64,000 nt of DNA, taken from assembly GCA_030770535.1 (NCBI GenBank), contig JASVEC010000011.1, positions 744,001 to 808,000 of the forward strand, written 5' to 3'. Within the stretch, counting starts at the first letter, position 1; every line of letters starts with the position of its first letter. Below are positions 38,635 through 52,046 of this stretch, one piece after another. Under the pieces are notes generated by a model that ran no database searches, had not been told where the DNA came from, and saw only the letters and a list, made by a program, of their open reading frames with translations. A program made the position numbers and the translations under genes. Origin of the DNA: Batkoa obscura (lineage: Eukaryota).

Positions 38635-38779
38635 TTTTAAAAAATGGGAAAAATTAAAAAATGATTTTTGCTTCTAGCGAATTTTGAATTTTTTCATTAT
38701 TTTAAGTTTTAAAGTCAATTTTTAAATTTTTTAGAATTTATTACAATTGATATTAAAACTCAACTGTTTATTAAACAAA

Positions 38780-40031
38780 ATGAAAGTAGTATTAAAAAAT
38801 GATATAAGAAGTAGAGGTTCAGGTCTTAATGTAGTAAAATATAGCTCGGACGGTAATTATTGTTTCAGCGGTGGTAACGATAAAACGATTAGATTATGGA
38901 ATTATAACCAAAGTGAAAGCAACAATTTAATTTATAATTTCGAAGGCCATGGTTGGGAAATATATGATCTTGATGTGTAATAAGCCAATAATAATTTTGA
39001 GAGGATATTTATTTACTTTAAAAGTTCTTCAGATAGCTCAAGGCTAGCGTCATGTGGTGGCGACCGTTCAGTATTTTCATGGGATATTGAGTCAACGTCT
39101 ATCATTCGAAAATTTAGTGGACACTCACATGTAAGGCTATTTTAAAATCGTAAACTTTACTTAATATTTTTAGAAAGTTAATTCCATTGCTTTTAATGAA
39201 GATGCTTCAGTGATTGCTAGTGGTAACTATTGATTAGGATTGTTTTGATTATGTTTTGATTATTTCAGGCTCTTTTGATACCACCGTTAGGCTTTGGGAT
39301 TGCAAGTAATTTTTTTTAGAACTTATATAGCTTAATGTTTAATAAACAGATCTCGATCTCATTTACCTATTCAAATATTAGAGGACAGTAAAGATAGTAT
39401 TTCTTCAATAAGTATACAAGGACCAGAAATTTTAGTAGGGTATGTTAATATTTATGACAAAGTTTCAAGTTAATTTTTTAGTTCGGTTGATAATAAAGTA
39501 CGATTATATGACCTTAGGATGGGGAAATTGTATACTGATACTATGCCAGGTAAACTAATAAATAGTTATATGATTTTATTAAACTTTTAGCTTCTGTAAC
39601 AAACGTTGGTTTTACTAAGGATGGTAACTGTCTAATCATTTCAACTTTGGATAATACAATTCGACTTCTTGATAAATCTAACGGGAGTTTATTAAATCAG
39701 TATTTATTATTTTTTTGAAAAGAAAGTACGCTAACTTTTTAAAAGTTTCAATAAACACACCAACCAAAGTTATATGATAGGAGCAGCATGCAGCTATGAT
39801 GATAGTCTAGTCATCACTGGATCTGAAGATAAGAAAATTTATGTTTATGATTTGATGGAGGTAACATACATGATAGTATTATTAATTATTTTTACTTAGA
39901 TTTTTTAGGGTGCCGTTGTACAAAGTTTAGATTTTCATCAAAGAAGCGTTACTTCAGTGGCAGCTCATCCAAAGAAAAAAGAGTTTATAGCTTGCTCTAC
40001 GGATGGTAGAATATCAATATGGGCTTATTAA
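38780..40031 (+). CDS. WDR83: WD40 protein WDR83/MORG1 (about 10 exons)
   Basis: SGGNDKTIRLWN, GHGWEIYD, LASCGGDRSVFSWD, FSGH..KVNSIAFNEDASVIASGSFDTTVRLWDCKSRS..PIQILEDSKDSISS, assembled across GT-AG introns. Confidence 0.82.
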
Positions 40032-40642
40032 ATGCAAAAAGGTTATTATTTAGTTTATTAAAATAAGTTTAGTTTTAGAGCTTTAATTAATTTAAAATTT
40101 AAAATTTTTATGAGCTATTATTACACATTTTATAAAGATTACTTATGTACATTATTATTTAAATAATATCGATTTCTAGCCCTATTATACTCATATATTA
40201 AATTAAAAATAACTTGTTAAACCTATTATATCAATAAACTAATCACTGATCCTTCAGAAGGAATGTGTTTAAATATAGATTATTCCCCCTAGAGCCTATA
40301 GTAATTAAAATAGACTTTAGAATAAGTTTACACATACATTTCTATACAAGTTATGTTGATACAAATATTACGTAGTTGTAGGAGTTTATATGAAAAAAGC
40401 GGTATTGATGTTGAACTATTATATTGTAGATGTAAATATAAAAAGATGTTAGAACTGAAATAATCAAAGGGGCTTTAGCATTATTATTTAAGAGTTAAAT
40501 AAGTTATTGAACTTAGTACTAAAATTGAAGTTATAAAATATGAATTAAAATAGAACTGAGCTAATAATATTAAACTGCAATGTAAATGATTAAAGTTTAT
40601 TCAAAAATATTACCTAATCACAGATTAGATTAAGATAAATCA

Positions 40643-41278
<636 letters not shown>

Positions 41279-42104
41279 TTTGTATTTTGTCAAGATAAAA
41301 AGGTTCACACCAGTGTGGGGAAACTTAAATTTATATCACGTGATTTATACATCATCAGCCTAAACCAATTAGACTTAGCCTACCAATGAATAAGGAAACT
41401 GCCTTTTTTAAGCTTACAAAATCGAAAGAGAAATTTAAGCATGTGAATTTTTATTATTGGAATATTGAGCTAGTTACTATAAATAAACTTATTAAATATT
41501 GCTTGAGAACTCTGCCCCTTTCGCCTCCTCTGCATCATTCATTCTCATTTTATATATTGCTAATAAATCGCTTATGGGTCTTACCACTCTTTCGAGAGTT
41601 TTAAAAAAAATTGATTGAAATCAACAGCTATGAAATATAAGAAATTAGTAGTATTATAGTTTGATTAGCTATAGATCTAATTTTGATGTATAGTCAAACT
41701 ATTGACACCTCTATTGGTTTTTAATAACTTTTTGTATCTTTAAGTTTTATCTTAATCTTTTTTTGCTAAATATAAGACTTTTAGAAGTTACATAATGGTG
41801 AACAACTAACAAGGGCAGCAGCTAATATACTATCAAAAGTATTACTTTGAAAAAAATCACCTTCTTATATCCTATTTATACTATATAAGAACTTAAAATA
41901 ATTGAAGAATATAATACACAATGTCTAAACATCAACACATTGAGGATCAGCTCAATTTAAATTACCTTTTTGTCTTTTATAATATTTTGATGACACTAGA
42001 TAATGTTTACGCTACATTCTTGTCATATTTTTCAAATGTACTTGCTTGCTTTGGTGCAGCATATAAGTATTTAGTATTAAAAATGGGCAGGGTCGGTAAT
42101 ACTT

Positions 42105-42200
42105 GGGGATGTATTTTTTTAAGAATTTTACTAATAATCTTTTCGCTCAAGTAGCACTTAAAAAATGGAAAAAGTAATGAAGCCAAAAAAAAACATCCTC
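42105..42200 (+). mobile_element. ~98-bp MITE copy
   Basis: GGGGATGT...ACATCCTC with a distinctive ACTT TSD on both sides. Confidence 0.82.
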
Positions 42201-45200
42201 ACTTTATAATAAAGCGAAGCATCTAAATATTTAAAAAAATATTTAGTATTCATTTGGCTTTCATTTTAAATTTTCATCTAATTTAGTTTTTATTTCATTT
42301 TTTTTAGTATTTTGACATATTCATGATAGTAAAATACTCATTGTAAAATTATGAATTCTAGTATTTTTATGTCAATAAGAGCAATAAAAATCAAACATGC
42401 TTAAGCTAATGTATTATTTTGAAATAAATAAATACCATAAAGATCTAAAAAAAACTTATAGAATTAAATTTAAATTTTTAAGAAAATTCATTTAATATAA
42501 TAAATAAGTTATCCATATAATGTATTATTTATAACCATTATAGATTTGTAAACTTTATAATAAAATTACTATCCTTCGAATACGCTTTATTTAAAGATTT
42601 TTTTTAACAATCTTAAACCTAAAAAGATTTAATATTAAATTTAAATAAATAAATAAACATGTTGAACTTACTATAATTATATTACATTTGTTGCTGGTTT
42701 ACTAGGTATTAGCCAATTGCATAATTTCTCAAGGTGTGTAAATTAATTTTGTTTTTAAACAGCGATTTTTTTATTTCTTATCATACAATATGTGCTGTAT
42801 ATACATGCATTACCTATATAATCAACAAAAAAAGATACATAAAATAATAGAAAGGCTATAGGCGAAGAGCAAAAATCAATATTTTTTTAGAATAAAATAA
42901 AATAAAATAAAATAAAATTGAAAAGGTGTTGAAAGCGCTTTGTTATTTAAGTACGATTAAATATTATAGTTTATCATACAGTTATAAAAACAAAATGTAA
43001 AAAATCAATCATGATAATTGAAATTTACTAAAGTCTAATATTTTCATGAGATTGATTCACTTTGGTGTCGTAATCAGTTATATTATATTTTATAATCCAA
43101 ATTACAAATAACATAGATGCTATTACATATTAGTAAGTTACAAACTTTAATAATGAGTACTTATCACTTGAAAATAGTAAATACTTTAGCATTAGCTATT
43201 ATTAAAAGTGTATCATATTAAATTAAAAATTTCAAAGGTAAATTCTTATCAAATCGACTCTTTGATAATAAAATTATACTTTTTAATAAATAAAGTAAAT
43301 TAGGATACACTTTAAAAAAGTCAAATTACTGCACAGCTTTCTTTTTATTGTATAAGCGTTTTGTCCATTTTCTAAGCAGCCCAAATGTTTTAAAAAATAT
43401 AAGTAGTTATTAGACATAAAACATGACCATATAAAACCAGGCTACTCTAATATTGTTCTACATTAAATTGTTAAAGAACATGTAAAAAATAATCTTATAA
43501 ATATATCTGAATGTTTTGATAAAAAATTGGTTTTCCTTATTATAAGGACTTATTAATTGAAATACTTTTTGATTATGTATATTTTGTAGTTTATTTGCTT
43601 TTTAATCAATCTATAACAGTTAAACAAATGAATATAAAGTATTTGGAAAGCTCAGAAGATAACACTCAATATTTTAATTAAGCCTATAAAATTATAAATA
43701 CTTTTTAAAAATACAAATAAGCAACATGAATTTTTATTTATATTTTGAATATTATCATAGTTTGACATAATAATCACTTATCATCTATGTTACTAGCATA
43801 ATTCTACCTTTTTTCCAGCGTTTTATAGCAAAGATGTTTAAAAAAAAATATCAATCGAACCCCAAAAATCCATTTACTCCTATCAAATAGGATGATCAAC
43901 TCTGGAAACTAAAGAGTTGAGAGAAAATACGATTAAATTGACAATTGGTATAAAGTAACAATGATTTGACCTCTTAGTTATCAGAATCATCGATAATACT
44001 TATATTTAGTTTATCAATCGATACTCTAGCTTTACATGCTTAAAAAATGAGAGAATGATAGTTACAGACCAATACCACGATGTTGGTATTAGATCATTTA
44101 TGTTGCTTTAAAATAGAATGCTTAAGCTTAGACTCAGATACAAAGTTTCAAAAGAATTACTTCACTTTAGAAAATAGCTTTAAAATAATCATTTATTGAA
44201 GGAATAAAAAAATTGCCTAAAAAAACCTTTAAAAAATGATTTAATTTACATTCTTACATTTAAATCATTTCAAAAATATAGTCAACATTGAGCTATTTTT
44301 TAATTTTTATAACAATATCATAAATTATAAATAGCAGGAACTATTATTCAACTATTAAAAGAGCAAAATCTTAATTATAATCTATTTTGTTTGAAATTAC
44401 TTTATTTTTTAAATGTGATCTCAAGTTTTAGTATTTATTTTTAGTGCTTTAAAACTATTAAGCCTCCTTTGTTAAATTCAATATTGACTGTTGTTTTGAT
44501 ATATTAACTAAATAGTAAGTGCATGGATGAAGGCTTAAAGATTAATTAAAGGTGACCTGGATTGAACAACCGTATTTTGCATCAAACCAAGACAGCTACT
44601 AAATTCATTTTATATTTTTAAATACTAAAAACAATTTAGAATAAAACTGAATGATGTTTATATTATCTTAACTAAAAAAACAAGATATTTATTTTTACAA
44701 CATAATAAATACTTTTAAAATTTGAACAACGTTATATCGTTTTGACTTATACGGATTTGTTCACATCCCTTTAGTGATAATTATTATTCTCTCGCAAAAA
44801 ATAAAATAAAATTATTATCACTTAATAAAGACATAAATGCCTCATTGGCTTAAAATCATAGTAAAACAATATTCCCCTATACAGTTATATTCAAAGGCTT
44901 TTACTTTAAAATAAAGTTGCAAATAGAGTTGATGTACATAAATGATGAATAAAACTATACTTTTAAGCCAATTTAAACAAAATAAAAATTTGATAATGAT
45001 AAAGCCTTTGTTTAGTCCAATTTTTAGTAAAGATTTTCTTGTTTTCATTTAATATTTCTTGAAATTATACTTTTTATGCTGTTTTGGCACGATATTTTAT
45101 ATTGGATCTATGCATTAAATAGGCTCTGTTAATCTTGGGTAATTAAATTGATGCGTGCTAATTTACTCAAATATTTAATTTACAAATATATCCATTTAAA

Positions 45201-45445
45201 GTCATAAAGCGAAGATATAAAGCCTTGTTTAAAATCTATTAGTTTATAATGAAGTAATCAATGGCTTAACAAATGTAACGTACTACGAAGTGTAAGTAAA
45301 ATATTAACTATCATAACTCTAATCTAACAAAAGAGTATATAAACATTCAAAAAATAACTTAAATTACTATCAAATTATCTCAATCTATTTATTATACATT
45401 GATATACACTCAACAACATATTTATTATAACAATCAATTATAAAA

Positions 45446-46981
45446 ATGAAAACCTTTATTGCTGAACTCATCCCATTCTTAGCTATTGCTTCTGCCTTAA
45501 ATTTACCTGAAAATAATAACGCAGTTAGCAATCAAGCAGTGACTGCCAAAGGATATGGATATGGCTATGGAAGTAAGCCAACTACTGGTAGTGGAAGCGG
45601 AACTTCTCCAAGTACTGGTAATGGAAGCGGAAGTAATCCTGGTTATGGTTATAATCCATGGAATTCTCCATATTTTTTAAGATGGTACTATGAATATCTT
45701 TGCTACTATAAAGGTTATGGATGTAATTATTTATACGGACAAGGTTCTTCAGGCACCCCAGGTTCTTCAGGTAATCCAGGATCAAGTGGTAACCCAGGCT
45801 CAAGTGGAAATCCAGGATCTTCAGGTACTCCAGGCTCAAGTGGAAATCCAGGATCTTCAGGTACTCCAGGCTCAAGTGGAAATCCAGGATCTTCAGGTAC
45901 TCCAGGATCAAGTGGAAATCCAGGTTCTTCAGGTAATCCAGGATCAAGTGGTAACCCAGGTTCTTCAGGTAATCCAGGATCAAGTGGTAACCCAGGCTCA
46001 AGTGGTAACCCAGGCTCAAGTGGAAATCCAGGTTCTTCTGGTGCTCCAGGCTATTATATTCCAGGTTCCTCAGGTGCCCCAGGATCAAGTGGTAATCCAG
46101 GATCAAGTGGTAATCCAGGATCTTCAGGTGCTCCAGGTTCAAGTGGAAATCCAGGATCTTCAGGTAATCCAGGATCAAGTGGTAACCCAGGATCTTCAGG
46201 TACTCCAGGTTCAAGTGGTAACCCAGGATCTTCAGGTACTCCAGGTTCAAGTGGAAATCCAGGATCTTCAGGTAATCCAGGATCAAGTGGTAACCCAGGA
46301 TCAAGTGGAAATCCAGGATCTTCAGGTACTCCAGGCTCAAGTGGAAATCCAGGTTCTTCAGGTACTCCAGGATCAAGTGGTAACCCAGGATCAAGTGGAA
46401 ATCCAGGATCTTCAGGTGCTCCAGGCTATCATATTCCAGGTTCCTCAGGTGCCCCAGGATCAAGTGGTAACCCAGGTTCAAGCGGAAATCCAGGATCTTC
46501 TGGTGCTCCAGGCTCAAGTGGTACCCCTGGATCAAGTGGTACCCCAGGTTCCTCAGGTACCCCAGGCTCAAGTGGAAATCCAGGTTCCTCAGGTACCCCA
46601 GGCTCAAGTGGAAATCCAGGATCAAGCGGAAATCCAGGCTCAAGTGGAAATCCAGGATCAAGCGGAAATCCAGGCTCAAGTGGAAATCCAGGATCAAGCG
46701 GAAATCCAGGATCTTCTGGTGCTCCAGGCTCAAGTGGTACCCCTGGATCAAGTGGTACCCCAGGCTCAAGTGGAAATCCAGGATCAAGTGGTAACCCAGG
46801 ATCAAGTGGAAATCCAGGATCAAGTGGTAACCCAGGATCAAGCGGAAATCCAGGATCAAGTGGTAACCCAGGCTCTTCAGGAACATCTGGATCAACTGGT
46901 AACCCAAGCTCCTCTGGACATTATGGCTATGGACGTAGAAATAGCGGTTATAACTCTTATGACCTTTATGGTGCTAACTAG
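45446..46981 (+). CDS. Secreted collagen-like (Gly-X-Y)n protein with Tyr/Cys-rich caps
   Basis: ATG in AAAAATG context with an upstream TATATAAA (~45336). Signal peptide MKTFIAELIPFLAIASA, then ~125 GSS/GNP/GTP/GAP triplets. Nucleotide variation between repeats is mostly synonymous in this frame. Confidence 0.85.
   Translation: MKTFIAELIPFLAIASALNLPENNNAVSNQAVTAKGYGYGYGSKPTTGSGSGTSPSTGNGSGSNPGYGYNPWNSPYFLRWYYEYLCYYKGYGCNYLYGQGSSGTPGSSGNPGSSGNPGSSGNPGSSGTPGSSGNPGSSGTPGSSGNPGSSGTPGSSGNPGSSGNPGSSGNPGSSGNPGSSGNPGSSGNPGSSGNPGSSGAPGYYIPGSSGAPGSSGNPGSSGNPGSSGAPGSSGNPGSSGNPGSSGNPGSSGTPGSSGNPGSSGTPGSSGNPGSSGNPGSSGNPGSSGNPGSSGTPGSSGNPGSSGTPGSSGNPGSSGNPGSSGAPGYHIPGSSGAPGSSGNPGSSGNPGSSGAPGSSGTPGSSGTPGSSGTPGSSGNPGSSGTPGSSGNPGSSGNPGSSGNPGSSGNPGSSGNPGSSGNPGSSGAPGSSGTPGSSGTPGSSGNPGSSGNPGSSGNPGSSGNPGSSGNPGSSGNPGSSGTSGSTGNPSSSGHYGYGRRNSGYNSYDLYGAN
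45743..46920 (+). repeat. Coding 18-bp minisatellite (GSSG[NTA]P) with a ~375-bp higher-order unit
   Basis: Repeats of ccagg[atc]tc..(tca/agt)gg.aa[ct]. GY[YH]IP interruptions at 46049 and 46424. Confidence 0.92.
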
Positions 46982-47930
46982 ATCTAAATCTTTGATTTTA
47001 TTGTAATAAATTATGTATATTTAAGTTAAATATTTAGCTCTTTTGTTACATCTATTGAATGGCGTTTAAATTAATACCTAGTTATAAAGCCAAACAGCTT
47101 GAAATTCTACACTATATTGAATTTATAAGTCGAATGTTTTATAATGAAGTATACAATTTGAAAGACTTATTAACATACTATAATATACTCATTAACTTTC
47201 GGTAGATATTCTTATTGATAATCAGAAGGGACCATTATTGCAGTAAAACAAATCAAATAATTTTATTGATTGTCTATTTTAAGTTGAAATTTTATTAAAA
47301 CTCTGAGCTGTATTAGAAAGTCAAAATTTTATATTGATTTAAAATCGTTATCAAGTATAGATAGTATTGCTAAATATATCATTCTTGTTACCGACAATTG
47401 ATTTATAACTAACTTTAAAGTATTTCTAAAATATAAACTTCCCTAAATATTGATTATTAGTGTTAAATAGAATATCAAAATAAATGCTTTATGATTTTTT
47501 ATTTGCCCATTTTTCATTCAACATAGAATGAAAAAAATGTTAGCATGAATACTAAAACGAAAAAAAACATCCTCGGTTGTTGTCCCTTGCTAATAGTATT
47601 TAGTGGGTTATTTTTCCAGTATCAAAAATACTATTAGTTACTATAACATCATTTTAAAGTATTTATAGCAATTTGAAGTTTATATCTATAATAGTTGAAA
47701 CTTGATTAAAGGTTATAGTTTGTAATAGCAGTTGAATAAATATGAATTTAGAATATTTTTTACTGAAATTAAAATACTCAATATAAAATGATGATCGCTG
47801 TTACCAATGGGTTCATTTTTCCTCCAAGTATATTTTTTATAATTGATTATTTTAATTTTTATAAAACTAAATCTAAATTGAGGAGCTAACTTGATTAATA
47901 ACTTTAATTCAGTTTTTGAAGTTAACATAT

Positions 47931-48026
47931 GAGGATGTTTTTTTGGTTTCATTATTTTTTCTCTTTTAAGCGTTATTTGAGTGGAAAAATTGTTAGTAAA
48001 ATTCTTGAACATAAAAATACATCCCC
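47931..48026 (-). mobile_element. ~98-bp MITE copy
   Basis: GAGGATGT...ACATCCCC with ATAT TSD. Confidence 0.8.
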
Positions 48027-48322
48027 ATATTTTAAATTTTAAATAATTATAATGTTTTATAATTACAATTAAATAAAAAACTAATTTATTAAATTGCTTT
48101 AAAATAACTTTAACTAAAAAATTAAATTTTAAATAAAAATAAAAAAGTTTTATAAAAAGTTATATTTATATTATAAATTTCAATTATTTAATATATAAAT
48201 CATATTAATTTAAAGCATATAATTTTAATTTAAACATTTTTTAAAATTTAATTAATTAAACTAACTTTATAAATAATTTTAATATAGATAAAATAAAATT
48301 AATACTAACAAAAGTAAATAAT

Positions 48323-48787
48323 TGTGAAATATTGCTTTATTTAGCTCTCGGATTGATTATAACACAACAATCACTTAAGTTGTTGTGTCCTCAAGTTCAA
48401 ACACAATCAAGTCCGAGTCCCTTATTTTGATTTGCTGCGAGAATTTCTAACTTCATATTACAAACAATATTATCTTCTCGTTTTGATATCCATACTTATT
48501 GGAGTATAAAAGAGATTCTTCAATATGATAACTCAAGGCTTTTTAATTGGATTACTCCTTGATAACGTATCATTAATAAAGTCACTAAGTCTTTCTGACA
48601 ACATCTTACATAGATTTTTCAGCAGTATCTTCCGTTGTATTTGTTTTACATAATTCGTAGCTTACTACATACTATTTCTATTAAGTTAAGTCTATCTTAG
48701 TTACATAAACTAAGACCCTTCGACTCGAGGCAAGTTAATTAAGCAAGAGTAGCTTTTAACTTCGACCACTAAGTATCAACTTTCACA
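48323..48787 (-). mobile_element. Solo-LTR-like element, subfamily A
   Basis: TGTGAAA...TTTCACA with 4-bp TSD TAAT. Near-identical to 14501-14966. Confidence 0.78.
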
Positions 48788-49318
48788 TAATCACTTCTTA
48801 TATAATAAAGCTTTAAAAAAACTTTATTATAAATGATATCATTTTTTTATACTAACACCAGCTTATATTAAAATATATTGAAAATTTTCTTTCAAGTATT
48901 TTTTCTTTTAGTATCAATTTATAATTTATAATTATTTTTAAAAAGGATATTATAAATAATTCTTGTATATAAGTTAATTAAGTCCAAAAGTTTAATATTT
49001 TTCTAATATTAATTACTTATAAAAGCTAAAAACTGGTTATATAAGTATGTATATTTTTATTATTATAATTTATTAGTAATTTAATTTATAGAAATCTATA
49101 ACATTATCAAAAAAGCACTTGAAACTTGTCTGATTGTTACTATCTTACTATTAAATTATCATAATATCATTCACTCTTTATTTTAAGGAATAGTTTATAC
49201 TTTTTTAAAATAATGTCTACTATTGGTTTAATTTTTTTAAAAAAACATAGCATAAACTTTGGAATTTGATATTAAATCAATTTAATATTTTTAAAAACTT
49301 AATTATCATCTATTATCT

Positions 49319-50153
49319 ATGTTTTTTCGACAATTAAAAACAAGCCGAACTAAATTAATTAATAATAATATATTAAAAAAACGTTATTTACATCAATGGA
49401 TTCCAGAAATTCAAGAAAAATTAAATTTATTTCCTTCCGTTATTACAATACCAGTTCAATGGGGTCAACAGGTAATCTTAAATTTTTTAATTCTAAATCT
49501 ATAGTAAAAAGAAGATTATTAATAATATTAATAAAATTCTAGGATACTTTTCAACATTTAAATAATGTGGATTGGCTACGATTTATTGAAAGTGGTAAAT
49601 AAAAAAATATCATTATTAAAATTAATCTGCATAAATAATTAATTCAATTATATAAAAGGTAGAATCGATTATATGTACTTATTAACTTTAAACATGGACA
49701 AAACAGAAGCAAATAAATTTGTAACTGGAGATGGTGCTGGTTTGATTGTTAAATCTCAAGAATGTAAATATAAACATCCAATTACTTATCCTGACTCAGT
49801 AAGTTTATTTATTATTATAATCAACATTATCTATATCTTATCAATTATTTATTGTATACTTTTTATTTTTATAATATTCAAAAACAACTAACCTTTTGTT
49901 CTTCTTATAGTTAACTGTTGCAACTAAGATTGAAAATTTAACTAGAGATCGATTTGTATTTTATACATTAACTTATTCTTTAAAACATCAGAAATTAGCA
50001 TCTGAATCTAAAGTTTTATGCGTTTCTTATGATCATAAGAAATTAAAAAAATCTGATTTTTCAGAAAGTTTTATTAAGGCAGTGATTAAGATGGAAAAGA
50101 ATCCAGAGAAGATACAGAAGGAAGCAATGGAATTGCCAATTAGAAAATATTAA
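49319..50153 (+). CDS. Hotdog-fold (4HBT-like) acyl-CoA thioesterase, likely mitochondrial (4 exons)
   Basis: IPVQWGQQ|DTFQHLNNVDWLRFIESG|RIDY, GLIVKSQECKYKHPITYPDS, VSYDHKKLKK. Basic N-terminus. Confidence 0.8.
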
Positions 50154-50674
50154 TAGTGAAACAGGTTATACATGAAAACGAAAGTTCAAGTGACTTTTTA
50201 TTAAAAAAAGGATATTTTAGAGTTAATTTAAAGAATTTATTAATGTTAATTCTATTTTATAAATCTTTGAATTTTGATAAATGAATAAAATATTTGATTA
50301 AATTTATATAGACAAACTAAATAAATATATAAAATAAAATTACTTTAGATCCTCTATTAAAATAATAGTTATTTACTTTGTATTAAAATATATATAATTT
50401 ATCTTATAAACTATAATAAAATTATATTTTTTAACTTGATCAATTATTTAGTCCTCAATAAATAAAATACTCATAATTCAACCCAATCAATTGATCAAAT
50501 TCCATAAGAGAACAATTGTTTAACATTTAATTTGTCAATAATTTTAATAACCTTAATTAAACCCCCAAAACTCAATAAAATAATAAATTAAATTGATTAA
50601 AATTCCTTAAAACTAATAACTTTTTAGTCTTCTTTCCAATTAATAAAACATAATATCTTCCTCTTCCACATCAA

Positions 50675-51905
50675 ATGGATCAACCAACAACCAAATATAA
50701 TCCATTTAAAACTACTGCTTTTCATTATAAAGGTTCTGTATTAATCTATGTTTTGCCCAAAGTTATCTTCTTTACTATATGGTCTGTGTCTATCTGGGCA
50801 ATTGAAGTTTATGGCAACTTATCTTCAACAGTAATAAAAACTATTTCATTCAATAATGCATTGATCACTTTACTCGGACTAGTAATTTCCTTATTACTTG
50901 TTTTTCGTACTAATACAGCTTATGATCGATATTGGGAAGGAAGAAGACTTTGGTCGGATATGACTATGATCATTCGTTCAACAGCAAGAACTATATGGGT
51001 CCAAGTAGAACAAGTAGATTCTTTTGATAAAGATATGAAATTACAAATGATTCATTTATTAGTTGCTTATGCTTATGCATGTAAACATAATATTAGGGGT
51101 GAATTTGGGGAACATGCTTTAGATTTAGAAAACTTCTTATCTCATTTAATAGAAGGTAGTGGTATGCCAATGTCACCTGAATCAACTAGATCAAATTCAA
51201 CAAATTCAGTTGCTAAATTAATTAAAAAAACATTTGACAAGAAAGATAATGATTTTTTACCAATATTAATTACTCATAAGATTACTTTAGTTATTGATTA
51301 TTGGTTTAAAAATGAAAAAATAGCCCCAGCAGTAGCTACTATTTTATTAAATAATTTAAATGTCATGGTAAATTCATATACGGGATTTGAAAGAATTTTA
51401 GATACGCCAATTCCAATGGCTTATGCTATTCATTTATCTCAATGTGTTTGGTTATTTTGTTTATTATTACCATTTCAATTGTTGTCCTTGTTTTCAGGTG
51501 TTTATAAGTTTTTTGCTATTTTATTTACACTTGTATCTGCTTTTACTATATTTGGTATCATTAATATTGGTGAAGAAATTGGTAAGTTATTATATTTTAT
51601 TTATATCATTGTTGTTTTATATTATTATTATTATTACTATATATTATTACTATATATTATTATTATATATTATTATTATATATTATATATTAATTTATTT
51701 TTATTTAGAAAATCCATTTGGATATGATACAAATGATTTACCATTAAATGAATATTGTGAAATTTTAAATTTAGAAATTAATCAAATGATTAAAAAAGCA
51801 GCACCAAATGTTAAAGATTGGGTATTTAATAATGATCATATTAAATATATTAAGAAAACATTTTCTATTAAATCAAAAAATCATACTAAGATTATTATTA
51901 ATTAA
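50675..51905 (+). CDS. Bestrophin-like (UPF0187/YneE-type) anion channel
   Basis: LLLVFRTNTAYDRYWEGRRLW, ERILDTPIPMAYAIHL, IGEEI|ENPFGYDTNDLPL. Intron at ~51582-51708. Confidence 0.88.
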
Positions 51906-52046
51906 AGTAAAAATAAAATATTGTATTATCACTATTAATTTTATTTTCTTATTTTTTAATATATTAATTTTACATTTTATATTTTATAAAAAATTAAAAT
52001 ACTTAAAATCATATAATTTTAACAAATCATATCTAATTAATTTCAA

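Noticed and set aside
44550..44610. GTTCAATCC T-loop-like motif on the minus strand
   Set aside because: I could not build a cloverleaf with convincing acceptor and anticodon stems.
45582..47006. Two long overlapping ORFs (438 aa on +, 441 aa on -) over the Gly-X-Y gene
   Set aside because: Shadow frames of an 18-bp repeat that happens to lack stops. Repeat variation is synonymous mainly in the GSSGNP frame, which also has the signal peptide.
51582..51727. Tyr/Ile-rich C-terminal extension of the bestrophin ORF
   Set aside because: Read-through into a low-complexity (TAT)n intron. The conserved ENPFG motif resumes after the AG at ~51708.
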